Origin: Symbiobacteriaceae bacterium
GTDB lineage: Bacteria; Bacillota; Sulfobacillia; Symbiobacteriales; Symbiobacteriaceae
Length of the DNA stretch: 64,000 bases
Direction of reading: 5' to 3'
NCBI GenBank assembly: GCA_035298385.1
Contig: DATGYC010000244.1
Coordinates: 1,751-65,750 of the forward strand
Positions within the stretch are counted from its first letter, which is position 1, and each line of letters opens with the position of its first letter. Under the pieces are notes generated by a model. The model was given only the letters and a program-made list of their open reading frames with translations. It did no database searches and had not been told where the DNA came from. Made by a program: the position numbers and the translations under genes. Of the stretch, positions 42,798-52,070 are shown piece by piece.

Positions 42798-44825
42798 TTA
42801 CTCCGTCTCAGCCCGGCCGTGGTGCGCTGCCGCCTCGATGATCGGCTTAGCGTGGGCGGCGGGGACCTCATCGTAGTGATCGAACGCCATGCTGAACCGC
42901 CCTCGCCCCTGCGTCATCGAGCGCAGGTCGATCGCGTACCGATGCATCTCCGGCTGCGGGACGATCGCCTGGATCACCTGTTCACCATCCGTAGCGATCA
43001 TCCCCATGATGCGGCCCCGGCGCTTATTCATGTCACCGAGGATCTCGCCCATGTAGGCCTCGGGGACGCGGATCTCCACCTGCATCACCGGCTCCAGTAG
43101 GATCGGCTTGGCGCTCTGGAAGGCCTGGCGGAAGGCGTTCCGGGCCGCGATCTTAAAGGCCATCTCCGAGGAGTCCACGTCATGGTATGACCCGTCCAGC
43201 AAGGTGCAGCGGATGCCGTGTACCGGGTAACCGGCCAGCACGCCATCAGCCATCGTCTCCTGGACGCCCTTATCGACCGCCGGCCGGTAGTTGATCGGGA
43301 TCGCACCGGCGAAGATCCGATCGACGAACTCGTACTCCCCGGCCGGGTGGTGCTCAATCTCAATCTTGCAGTGGCCATACTGACCACGGCCGCCAGACTG
43401 CTTCTTGTGCTTGTACTCGGCCGTCGCCTTGCCCAGAATCGTCTCCCGATAGGAGATCTTGGGCGCCTGGAGCGTCGCCTCGACGCCGAACTTCCGCTTC
43501 AGCCGCTCGATCATCACGTCCACGTGTGTCTCACCGATACCGGCAGCGATCGTCTCTGCTGTGACTGGGTCCCGGTGAACGGTGAAGGTCTGATCCTCCT
43601 CCGTGAGCCGCAGGAGACCGGAACCGATCTTCTCCTCGTCGCCCTTGGACTTGGGGAAGACGGCGACGCCAAAGACAGGTGCCGGGAACTCGACCGGCGC
43701 AAGCGTCTCTGCATGCGCCTCCGTACAGAGGGTATCATTCGTGCTAGTTGCCGCCAGCTTGGTCACAGCGATAATGTCGCCTGGGCCGGCCTCTGTCACC
43801 GACTCCTGCCCCTTGCCCTTCGGGATGAACAGGGCGGCTAGGCGCTCAGACTTCCCGCTGGTGGCGTTGAAGACGGTAGAGTCAGGCCGGACCGTGCCCT
43901 GATAGATCCGCATCACCGACATGCGCCCGACGAACGGGTCGGCCATCGTCTTGAAGACGAGCGACTGGAAGGGGGCGCCCTCTTCGGCGGCGGTCGGCGC
44001 TGGGAAGTAGTCGCACAGGGCGTTCAGCAGACTGGCGGCACCGGCATTCTTGGTGGCCGCCGTGGCAAAGACTGGTAGAATCTGCCCCTTCTTGATGCCG
44101 AGCTGCAGGCCACGGAGCAGGTCAGCCTGGCTGAGGGCGCCCTCTTCCAGGAAGGCGATCGTTAGATCATCATCTGCTTCCGCAGCGAGTTCCGTCAGGC
44201 GTTCACGCAAGGCAGCGACCTCGGTCACCAGGTCTGCCGGGATGGGACTCTCGGTTAACTCCCGCCCGTCGAAGAGGTATGCCTTCTCCTGCACAACATC
44301 GACAACGCCCCGGAAGTTGGCCTCCTTGCCGATTGGGAGGTGGAAGGGGACGACGCCCCGGCCGAAGGCTGCATAGAGCGATTCGACCGCCTTCTGGAAA
44401 GAGGCGTGCTCGCGGTCAAGCTTGTTGACGACGGCGCCCATGGCCACCCCCGCCTGCACGGCCTGCCGATAGGTCAACTCTGTACCCACCTGCACACCAG
44501 ATGAGGCGTCAACCACCAGCAGGGCAGACTCCACCACACGCAGGGCGGCGACCACTTCGCCCACAAAATCAAAGAACCCAGGGGTATCCAGCAGCGTAAG
44601 CTTTCGCTCACTCCATTCCAATGGGGCAATGCCCATAGCAATGGAGATCTGCCGCCGGATCTCCTCGGGTTCATGGTCGAGCAGACTGTGACCCTCATCC
44701 ACGCGTCCAAGCCGATCGGTGACGCCGGACGTGAACAGCATGGCCTCTGCCAACGAGGTCTTGCCCACGCCACTGTGCCCAACGAGTGCCAGGTTCCGCA
44801 ACTGCGCAGTCGGATACCTTCTCAC
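42798..44825 (-). CDS. Elongation factor G paralog (EF-G2-like translational GTPase)
   Basis: 675 aa. G1 GHSGVGKT, DTPGFFDF, NKLD. EF-G domains II-V recognisable. Not in the str operon, so it is a paralog. Confidence 0.85.
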   Translation of the reverse strand: MRRYPTAQLRNLALVGHSGVGKTSLAEAMLFTSGVTDRLGRVDEGHSLLDHEPEEIRRQISIAMGIAPLEWSERKLTLLDTPGFFDFVGEVVAALRVVESALLVVDASSGVQVGTELTYRQAVQAGVAMGAVVNKLDREHASFQKAVESLYAAFGRGVVPFHLPIGKEANFRGVVDVVQEKAYLFDGRELTESPIPADLVTEVAALRERLTELAAEADDDLTIAFLEEGALSQADLLRGLQLGIKKGQILPVFATAATKNAGAASLLNALCDYFPAPTAAEEGAPFQSLVFKTMADPFVGRMSVMRIYQGTVRPDSTVFNATSGKSERLAALFIPKGKGQESVTEAGPGDIIAVTKLAATSTNDTLCTEAHAETLAPVEFPAPVFGVAVFPKSKGDEEKIGSGLLRLTEEDQTFTVHRDPVTAETIAAGIGETHVDVMIERLKRKFGVEATLQAPKISYRETILGKATAEYKHKKQSGGRGQYGHCKIEIEHHPAGEYEFVDRIFAGAIPINYRPAVDKGVQETMADGVLAGYPVHGIRCTLLDGSYHDVDSSEMAFKIAARNAFRQAFQSAKPILLEPVMQVEIRVPEAYMGEILGDMNKRRGRIMGMIATDGEQVIQAIVPQPEMHRYAIDLRSMTQGRGRFSMAFDHYDEVPAAHAKPIIEAAAHHGRAETE

Positions 44826-45102
44826 GGCAACCGCCTCCTCAAGTGAAAAGACTTGCGGCCGGTTAGCAATCTCCGAGGACGCTGCGATTTTCGCGCCCGC
44901 AGGGGATTGCTGACTGGAGAGATCGGCGACTTCCGCTGACGTAGTGATGGCAGGCCCGAAGGAAGTTGCCGATCGATATATGTGGGGGACTAAAGATTTC
45001 GACTCTATCCTTCCGCCCTCCTGCCGCCTCTGGTGAATTTTATCTAGGCGAGACGCGTGCTATGTCCATTTGACGGGAAAGCTAGGGGTCGAGGTGAGCG
45101 CG

Positions 45103-45330
45103 ATGAGCAAGCGGCACGTGAACGTCCCCGGGCTGAATACCGATCACCAAGCGGGAAAGGATCCCTCCCCGCAGGGCCACCATCAGGCGGCCCATCGGAC
45201 TGGCTACGACAACAGCGACCAGGACCCGGAGCGCCAGAAGTTTGAGAACTCCGAGCCGGGGCCTGATGTGCGGCAGGATGGCGTCTACTTCTACGGTTAC
45301 AAGGGTGGACGAACGGAATCGGGCGAATAG
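45103..45330 (+). CDS. Hypothetical small hydrophilic protein, 75 aa
   Basis: GAGGTGA RBS 5 nt before the ATG at 45103. Terminator at 45340-45371. Confidence 0.45.
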   Translation: MSKRHVNVPGLNTDHQAGKDPSPQGHHQAAHRTGYDNSDQDPERQKFENSEPGPDVRQDGVYFYGYKGGRTESGE

Positions 45331-45339
45331 GGATGGCAA

Positions 45340-45371
45340 AACCCCCGGGATGACCGGGGGTTCGTTCTTTT
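45340..45371. terminator. Bidirectional terminator
   Basis: Stem AACCCCCGG / CCGGGGGTT followed by CGTTCTTTT. Confidence 0.6.
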
Positions 45372-45379
45372 GCGGCGGA

Positions 45380-46024
45380 CTACTCGCCCAGGACTAGCCG
45401 GACTAAGTCGTGCGGTTGCTCGACCCAGAAGTCGGGCTTTAGCGCCTCCAATTCGGCGCGGTCTTGAATCGTCCAGCCGACGCAGATCGTCTTGACGCCA
45501 GCGTTTCGCCCGGTGCGAATATCGAAGTGGGTATCGCCCATCATCAGGATCTCCGGTCCGGGCTGGACGCCTAGCTTTTCGCAGGCTACGTAGATGGACT
45601 CCGGGTCAGGCTTGGGCTTCTCGACTTGATCCACACCAATCAAGAGATCGAAGTACGGATGAAGGCCGGCCAGTTCCAGCCCCCGCCTGGCCAGCTGCGT
45701 ATGCTTGGATGTCACAACCGCCAGCTTTACCCCGGCGGCATGGAGCTGGTGGATCGCCTCCTGGACTCCCTCATAGCGCTCGATCAACCGGTCATGATGC
45801 TCCAGATTGAAGGTGCGGTAGAAGTCGCAGAGCTCCTGCGCCCGATTCGCATCGTAGCTAGCCATCGTGTTCATCAGGGTCTCACCGATGTGGGCCCGAA
45901 TCGTCTCCCGTGGGATCGTAAGGTTCAAGCATGTACGGAAGACATGGTCGTAGGAGGCGATGATCAACTCGTTGGTGTTGATGAGGGTCCCATCAAGGTC
46001 GAAGAGTACAGTCGAAAAGCGCAT
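45380..46024 (-). CDS. HAD-superfamily hydrolase (PpaX/phosphoglycolate phosphatase-like)
   Basis: 214 aa. FDLDGTL motif I, VTSK motif II, GDTHFD motif IV. Confidence 0.8.
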   Translation of the reverse strand: MRFSTVLFDLDGTLINTNELIIASYDHVFRTCLNLTIPRETIRAHIGETLMNTMASYDANRAQELCDFYRTFNLEHHDRLIERYEGVQEAIHQLHAAGVKLAVVTSKHTQLARRGLELAGLHPYFDLLIGVDQVEKPKPDPESIYVACEKLGVQPGPEILMMGDTHFDIRTGRNAGVKTICVGWTIQDRAELEALKPDFWVEQPHDLVRLVLGE

Positions 46025-46106
46025 GGGAGACCTCCTGACGTGTTCGCTCTGGGAGCAAAGGGCGCCCCTACCGGCGTGGCGAAGAGGGATTAGCGGGGGT
46101 GATCAG

Positions 46107-46868
46107 ATGGCGCAGGTGGGACTCCACGGCCTGGCTGGCCTGGTCATTGGCGAGCGCATTCTAACCCGATTCGTAAAGAGCCGTGTGGCTCGCCGCGCCC
46201 TTCTATGGGGGTTCGTGGTGGGAAACATGGTGCCCGACCTGGACTACGTGGCCGTGGTAGCTACCTACCCGGTCGACCAGACCCTGGCGATGCACCTGCA
46301 CCGCTCCTTTAGCCACAGCCTGCTGGCAGCCCTTGCCGTGGGTGTCGGCTTTGAGCTAATCGCCCTGCTGCTGCGTGACCAGTACGCGCGATTCCTTGGC
46401 TATGGACTGGCCTGGGGGATTGTGGGGCATATCCTGTTTGATATTCTGATCTGGTTTAGCCCCGTCGATCTCTTCTGGCCCCTCTCGGTCTGGGGGATCA
46501 TTCCACCGGTGAACCTGTGGTCTTGGTGGTCGACGTCCTTTATGGCTGGTCAACTCCTGGGCGCCGCCGAGTTTCTGGCGTTTGCGGTCTATTATGACCG
46601 TTTGGCTTCACTTGGACAAGCGTTGGGCACCAACCCAGACGATGTGCCGATGGTCCAACGGATGGCGACGCTCTGCTTGATCATCTGGGCGGTCCTGACC
46701 GGACTGGCGATCGACTTTCCGGTGATGACCTACAACGCCGTGGTCTACGTGGCCCTGGGGCTAGTCTTTATGCCAGCGGTGATGTACCTGACCTGGCGGA
46801 TGCAGCCGACGATCGAAGTCTGGGCAGTGAAGGCCAAGACGAGAAAGACAAAAAGTAACCCCGGATGA
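46107..46868 (+). CDS. Membrane-bound metal-dependent hydrolase (YdjM/DUF457-like)
   Basis: 253 aa from the ATG at 46107 (GGGGGTGA RBS). HRSFSHSLL motif. Multiple TM helices. Confidence 0.65.
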   Translation: MAQVGLHGLAGLVIGERILTRFVKSRVARRALLWGFVVGNMVPDLDYVAVVATYPVDQTLAMHLHRSFSHSLLAALAVGVGFELIALLLRDQYARFLGYGLAWGIVGHILFDILIWFSPVDLFWPLSVWGIIPPVNLWSWWSTSFMAGQLLGAAEFLAFAVYYDRLASLGQALGTNPDDVPMVQRMATLCLIIWAVLTGLAIDFPVMTYNAVVYVALGLVFMPAVMYLTWRMQPTIEVWAVKAKTRKTKSNPG

Positions 46869-46963
46869 CGCGGATGTCGCGGATACTTGGTGATTCCCTG
46901 CAGGTCCCGATCTTTAATATGGGATTTGTTTTTCATCCGCGTAATCCGCGGTTAAAAATAGAA

Positions 46964-46990
46964 AGAGCGAACCCAAAGCGGGTTCGCTCT
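46964..46990. terminator. Bidirectional terminator
   Basis: Stem AGAGCGAACCC / GGGTTCGCTCT between convergent genes. Confidence 0.6.
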
Positions 46991-47001
46991 TCGTTTGCTT
47001 C

Positions 47002-47451
47002 CTAGGCCCGACCCTCTGCCGTGGCGGTCGGGTGCAGCTCGTCGGTGGCCACCACGAGGATGGCGCCCTTCGCACAGACCTCTTCGCACTCCTTGCAGCC
47101 AACGCAAGCGTTCGGCTTGGTCAGGACGGCGACGCCAAAGAACTGACCCTCGCCCGCCAATTCCAGGCAGTCGAACGGGCAGATCTCAATGCAGAAGTCG
47201 CAGCCGGAGCAAGAGACCGGGTCGATGACCGGCTTGGGCCAGTCAACCCGCTTCGGGATGCGGGGCTTAAAGACACCGAACTCGTCCGCGATCGCGAGGA
47301 CCGGGCATGACCGGACGCAGGCGTCGCAGTCAATGCAGAGCTTCGGATCGATGTAGTGCAGGGCCTTCCGCTCGCCGCTGATCGCCTCAGTCGGGCAGAC
47401 CGTTACGCAGGCGGTGCAGCCAATGCACTTGTCGTCAATAAAGTGAGCCAC
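47002..47451 (-). CDS. 4Fe-4S ferredoxin with four cluster motifs
   Basis: 149 aa. CIGCTACVTVCP, CIDCDACVRSCP, CSGCDFCIEICP, CVGCKECEEVCA. Confidence 0.88.
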   Translation of the reverse strand: MAHFIDDKCIGCTACVTVCPTEAISGERKALHYIDPKLCIDCDACVRSCPVLAIADEFGVFKPRIPKRVDWPKPVIDPVSCSGCDFCIEICPFDCLELAGEGQFFGVAVLTKPNACVGCKECEEVCAKGAILVVATDELHPTATAEGRA

Positions 47452-47492
47452 GGTTCTCTTCCCTCCTTCGCAGCCGAGGGGACGGTTCTCAC

Positions 47493-48161
47493 TTAAACTT
47501 GAGTCTTCACTTCGCTCTTGGTGGGGGCGGTCCCTTCCTGCCGGAAGAGACGGGTGAGACGCCTGCGCCGGGGCTGGTCCAACACCTCTTCCGTCCAGGT
47601 CGAACGAATGAAGCTAGCCAACTCCTCTGTGTTCAAGACCTTCACCCCGTCCCCCGAGTACTCGGGCAAAGCCCGTCGGCGGGTCAGAATGACGACCGGG
47701 GTGACGGCTAACGGGGCGCCATCAAGGGCGCCCTGCGCCGCTACAGCATCAGCAGAGAGCCGATCCCGTAGCCAACGCACCGCATCCTCTGCCTTGAACC
47801 GGGCCGCAATCACCTTGTTGCCCGCACGGGCCTTGAAGGCCGTCTGGGCAACATCATCCACCACCACAGCGACCAGGCCACCCGGTCCAACGACCAGGTA
47901 GTCGGGACGGTCGTCCCGTTCGGTGGACCAGTCCGTCAGGAGGGCCTCCGGCTCGAGCGCCTTCAGCGCCTCCTCCAGGCTCTTCTTACCAGCGTTCGCT
48001 TGGTAGCGACCGGCGGCCAGAGAGCCGAAGAAGGCGAAGAAGAGGGCGCCCACGGAGGCGAACTCGCGGAACTGACGGATTCCCGTCACTTCCCCGCCCT
48101 TCCAGAGTGCACCGATCAGAACAGCCATCAGACCAAGAGTCATTAGGTACCGTCGCATCAT
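47493..48161 (-). CDS. Membrane-anchored NERD-like domain protein
   Basis: 222 aa from the ATG at 48161 (AGGGGGA RBS). Two N-terminal TM helices. DYLVVGPGGLVAVVVDD resembles the NERD core. Assignment is tentative. Confidence 0.5.
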   Translation of the reverse strand: MMRRYLMTLGLMAVLIGALWKGGEVTGIRQFREFASVGALFFAFFGSLAAGRYQANAGKKSLEEALKALEPEALLTDWSTERDDRPDYLVVGPGGLVAVVVDDVAQTAFKARAGNKVIAARFKAEDAVRWLRDRLSADAVAAQGALDGAPLAVTPVVILTRRRALPEYSGDGVKVLNTEELASFIRSTWTEEVLDQPRRRRLTRLFRQEGTAPTKSEVKTQV

Positions 48162-48203
48162 GAGTCCCCCTGTCGGGGAAGGGAGGGGCGCCCCTCCCAC
48201 ACC

Positions 48204-49190
48204 CTACTTCGGAGCCTCAACGCCCAGGGTCAGCAGATACTGGGCGATCGTCTTGATCTCGTCGTCCGTCAGCTTGCCCTTGAAGCGCGGCATGCTGTAC
48301 GGGGTGCCCTTCGGCGCGATGGTCTGCTTGCCCAGATCCAGCGCCGGCGCGCCCTTGACGTCCGGCTTGTTGGTGGTGCGGTTCGACCACCAGTAGAGCG
48401 GCATGCGCTCGTTGTGCGGGACGGCCGGGGTCTGGTCAGTGTCCTTCTTAACCGGCTGGTTCGCATAGGAGATCCAGCGGGTCAGGAACGCCTCGTCTAC
48501 GCCCCAGAGGCCGACCTTAGCGAGGTCCGGGCCGACCTTACCGCCCACCGGCGTACCGTTGTTGGTAACGCCCAGGGAGTGGCAGTTCAGGCACTGAGAC
48601 TTCTTGGTGTCCTTCAGGAGGGCGATGGCCGCCGCGTTCTTCGAGTCGTCCTGGTTCGGGAAGTGCAGCTTGTTCTTGTCCGTCACGGCTGCGACGCCGT
48701 TGTCCGGAGTGAACTGGCCCACCATGCCGTTCCACTGCTCACCGGTGGGGTCCATGATGAAGAGCGTAACCGCCTTGACGAAGTGATCGTCGAGCGGGCC
48801 GCCGTTCTCCTTACCCCAGGTCGGCATCGCGGTGTAGGAGAGATAGTTGCCGTCGGCCATCTTCACCCAGTGCGGGTTGGTGGTACCGGGGCGCCCCTGT
48901 GCAATCGTCTTGGAGAGGAAGGTGTAGACCTCGCCGCCCTCAGACGACTTGTAATCAACCTGGTAATCGGGCCGGTTCAGGGTGAGGCCGATGGAGCCCT
49001 CGCCGGCGGGGCCATGGCAGGTCATGCAGTTCTCTGCATAGATCTTGGCGCCCTTCAGCACATACTCTTCGTCCTGCCGAGCCTCAGCAGCCTCCATGCG
49101 CCAGTACTCGCGCACGCAGTTGCCAAGGAGCAGGAACGAGAGCAACATCGAGAGCAGCGTGATAATCTTATACTTTCTCGCGTTACGCAA
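48204..49190 (-). CDS. Dihaem c-type cytochrome (bc-complex operon, last gene)
   Basis: 328 aa. N-terminal TM anchor. Two CxxCH motifs (CMTCH, CLNCH). TTG start with an AAAGGAG RBS. Confidence 0.85.
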   Translation of the reverse strand: MRNARKYKIITLLSMLLSFLLLGNCVREYWRMEAAEARQDEEYVLKGAKIYAENCMTCHGPAGEGSIGLTLNRPDYQVDYKSSEGGEVYTFLSKTIAQGRPGTTNPHWVKMADGNYLSYTAMPTWGKENGGPLDDHFVKAVTLFIMDPTGEQWNGMVGQFTPDNGVAAVTDKNKLHFPNQDDSKNAAAIALLKDTKKSQCLNCHSLGVTNNGTPVGGKVGPDLAKVGLWGVDEAFLTRWISYANQPVKKDTDQTPAVPHNERMPLYWWSNRTTNKPDVKGAPALDLGKQTIAPKGTPYSMPRFKGKLTDDEIKTIAQYLLTLGVEAPK

Positions 49191-49223
49191 GTCCTTGGAC
49201 TCCTTTCCTTGCGGCGTACCGGC

Positions 49224-49397
49224 CTAGTAGTCGCCGATCCAGCGCTGGATGAAGTAGACGGTCACGAGGACGCCCATGAAGAGCGTGAAGATCAGGAGGA
49301 GCTCCATCGCTTCAGAGACGTGGATACCATGGTACCAGGGCATGTGCACTTCAATGGCACCTGCCGTCTCAGCCAGCTGCGCCAGCATGGCGTTCAT
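49224..49397 (-). CDS. Unannotated 57-aa single-TM protein within the bc-complex operon
   Basis: Hand translation MNAMLAQLAETAGAIEVHMPWYHGIHVSEAMELLLIFTLFMGVLVTVYFIQRWIGDY. GGAGGCGAGGAAAC before the ATG at 49397. Fills the gap between the Rieske and cytochrome c genes. Confidence 0.6.
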   Translation of the reverse strand: MNAMLAQLAETAGAIEVHMPWYHGIHVSEAMELLLIFTLFMGVLVTVYFIQRWIGDY

Positions 49398-49414
49398 GTT
49401 TCCTCGCCTCCCCT

Positions 49415-49951
49415 CTAAACCTTGGTCGACATCGACGGGTCGTACTTGGTCCGCTCCGTGATCTTACCGGTGTTGACCGAGATCTTGTCGCCCGTGATCT
49501 GGATCTCCATCTGATCAAGCGGGCGCGGCGCCGGGCCTGCTACGTTCTGGCCGTTGATGTCATAGACCGAACCGTGGCAGGGGCAAGCGAACTTGTGCTG
49601 GGCCTCATCAAACGGGACCGTGCAGCCCAGGTGGACGCACTTCCAGTAGAGGGCGTTGAAGCCCTCCTCCGAGCGGGTCAAGTAGAACTTGCCCTCACGG
49701 ACCTTGACCACGTCACCAACCTTGATCTCCGAGAGCGGGGTCGGCACGTTGACCACACCGCCGAAACCGGAGAGCTTGATCGGCCAGAACATGCCGCCAG
49801 CACCGCCGGCGACCGTTCCGAAGAAGGCGCCGATGGTGGCGAACATGGAGCCGCGAAGCATCTGGCGACGGGTTACGCCGTCCTGTCCAACCGGGGCGTC
49901 TGCCGTGGGCGGAACCGCAGCACCGGCTGGCATCTTGGCGTTATCTGCCAT
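49415..49951 (-). CDS. Rieske 2Fe-2S subunit of the menaquinol:cytochrome c reductase
   Basis: 178 aa from the ATG at 49951. Tat-like TRRQMLRGS, CVHLGC and CPCHGS cluster boxes. The tracked ORF is over-extended. Confidence 0.9.
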   Translation of the reverse strand: MADNAKMPAGAAVPPTADAPVGQDGVTRRQMLRGSMFATIGAFFGTVAGGAGGMFWPIKLSGFGGVVNVPTPLSEIKVGDVVKVREGKFYLTRSEEGFNALYWKCVHLGCTVPFDEAQHKFACPCHGSVYDINGQNVAGPAPRPLDQMEIQITGDKISVNTGKITERTKYDPSMSTKV

Positions 49952-49983
49952 GATTTTGTTCACCCTTTCCGAACTGACTGCGG

Positions 49984-50766
49984 TTATACCGGCGGCTCGA
50001 CGTTCCAGGGCCACATCAGATGCATGGAGTGGCCACGGAAGGCGGTGCCGATGATGGAGAGCACCACGAAGGAGACAAAGTAGAACGTGTAGAGAGCGAT
50101 CATGATCTCCCGCATGTTCGGCTTGTATCGCTTCTGGATCATCCGGACAAGGATCCAGGGGATCGCGATCATGAAGATGATCGGGATCAGGATCTCGCCG
50201 ACCCAAGAGACCATATCAGCCGGGATCACCTGACCGCCCCAGAGCTTCGGGACCGACTGGAGAATCCACTTCACGAACGGGCCAATGCCGTGGGAGCCAT
50301 CCGGCATGCCGCTCACGTAGAAGAACTCGTCGAAGACGACCAGGAAGATCTCGGTGATGGCGGTGTAGATCGCCGCGAAGATGGCGATCGGCACACCACG
50401 CTTGGTGGAGAACCAGATGCCCGTGCCGCGACGGTCCTTGTCAATGTAGGGAATCAGACCAACCAGGACCAGGGCAGCGGTCGGGACCATAACGCCCGCG
50501 AGCGCCGGGTGCATGTGAAGCAGGAGTTCCTGCAGGCCCAGGAAGTACCACGGCGCCTTCGCCGGGTTTGGCGTCTTCTCGGGGTTGGCAAGGTCCAGCA
50601 GCGGAGCATTAACGAAGGTCGACATGATGGTCAGCGCCAGCGTCATCGCCACGGCCATAATCGCCTCGATCGAGACGAGATACGGCCAGGTGTAGACCAT
50701 CTCTTCCTTCTGCTGCGACTGGACCTTGGGGCCAGCCTGCTGATACTTTTCAGAGACGTCAGCCAC
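49984..50766 (-). CDS. Cytochrome bc/b6f subunit IV-like protein (C-terminal half of cytochrome b) with extra helices
   Basis: 260 aa. PAKAPWYFLGLQELL corresponds to the PEWY-region motif. Multiple TM helices. Confidence 0.8.
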   Translation of the reverse strand: MADVSEKYQQAGPKVQSQQKEEMVYTWPYLVSIEAIMAVAMTLALTIMSTFVNAPLLDLANPEKTPNPAKAPWYFLGLQELLLHMHPALAGVMVPTAALVLVGLIPYIDKDRRGTGIWFSTKRGVPIAIFAAIYTAITEIFLVVFDEFFYVSGMPDGSHGIGPFVKWILQSVPKLWGGQVIPADMVSWVGEILIPIIFMIAIPWILVRMIQKRYKPNMREIMIALYTFYFVSFVVLSIIGTAFRGHSMHLMWPWNVEPPV

Positions 50767-50782
50767 GGGTTGCCCCTCCTTC

Positions 50783-51535
50783 CTAGATCTGCTCGACGTC
50801 GAGCTCCTCGTCGTCGTACGGAATCGGCGTCGAGATGCCGCCGTCCTTACGAATCCGCCAGAAGTGCATGGCCATCAGAGCGATGCAGGCGAGCGGCAGG
50901 AGGATGACGTGGAGGGTATACCAACGGATCAGGGTAGCCGGACCGATGTCGTAGCCGCCAAGCAGCGCCTGCTGCACGTAGGTACCGACGACCGGGGAGA
51001 CCTTCGCCATGTTCGAACCAACCATGATGGCCCAGAAGGCGAGCTGGTCCCACGGGAGCAGGTAGCCCGTGAAGGAGAGCAGAACGGTGACCAGGAAGAG
51101 CAGGACACCGATCACCCAGTTGAACTCACGGGGCGCCTTGTAGGAGCCCGTGTAGAAGACGCGCGTCATGTGCAGCCAGACGGCAATAACCATGCCGTGC
51201 GCCGCCCAACGGTGCATGTTTCGGGCGAACTGGCCGAAGATGATGTTGGTCTCCAGGAGCTTCATCGAATTGTAGCCATGCGGAACGGCCGGCACGTAGT
51301 AGAACATCAGCCAGACGCCCGTCAGGGTCAGGATCAGGAACATCAACAGCGAAATACCACCAAGACCCCAGGTGTAGCTAACCCGCACCGCACGCCGCGG
51401 TAGCTTTACCGGGTGTAGGTGGAGGACCACGCTGTTCAGAATGACAAGGACCTGATTACGGGGCGTGTCGGGGTAATCATTCCGGTAGATAGACTTGTAC
51501 AGCGCAGTGTTCTTAAACTTGGACCACAGGCTCAC
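50783..51535 (-). CDS. Cytochrome b6-type subunit
   Basis: About 250 aa from the GTG at 51535 (GGGAGGTG RBS). Haem-ligand histidines in helices (NMHRWAAHGMV; TLHVILLP). YKAPREFNWVIG motif. Confidence 0.88.
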   Translation of the reverse strand: MSLWSKFKNTALYKSIYRNDYPDTPRNQVLVILNSVVLHLHPVKLPRRAVRVSYTWGLGGISLLMFLILTLTGVWLMFYYVPAVPHGYNSMKLLETNIIFGQFARNMHRWAAHGMVIAVWLHMTRVFYTGSYKAPREFNWVIGVLLFLVTVLLSFTGYLLPWDQLAFWAIMVGSNMAKVSPVVGTYVQQALLGGYDIGPATLIRWYTLHVILLPLACIALMAMHFWRIRKDGGISTPIPYDDEELDVEQI

Positions 51536-52070
51536 TGAACGTGCACCTCCCTTGAATGGGGAGCCAAGGCTCCGGTTCCGGACCAATAACGCTGAGAGCG
51601 GGCATCGACAGCTTCCAGTTGGTTAAATCTATCCCCCCTGGATTCTACGGAGCTAAGCTTTTATCAACATACACGAAACAACATCATAATTATAGCTTTG
51701 AACCTATAGCACATCAATCGAAAATGGGAGGGAAGTAACAAAAGGGTAGAATCGCCCAGCAAGGGGTAGTTTCATGGTAACAAGCCAGAATCCTCCACGT
51801 TTATCGGGTGATGAGCCTAGGTGGTATAGGGTCTTCACCCTAGGGGCGCCAAATTGCCACCTCAACACCATATGGACAGGACGGTATTCATAATGCTAGT
51901 ATCGTGATGGTATTTAACCAGTTCCGGGCGTCATATCTCTTTTTCTTAGGGTGTAAGCCCTAGTTCATAGCCCTTTCGGGCTATAGAACTAGTGGCTAAG
52001 ACCGATTGGCGATCGGGATCCGGTTTGGCAAGATGTATGATGAAATAAGCTTGCGTAGGAGGAAACCAAT

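Noticed and set aside
44826-45102. Possible riboswitch in the ~280-nt divergent region upstream of the EF-G paralog
   Set aside because: Some stems are visible (GCAATC...GATTGC), but I could match no conserved riboswitch core (T-box, SAM, purine, c-di-AMP). The evidence is not sufficient to call one.
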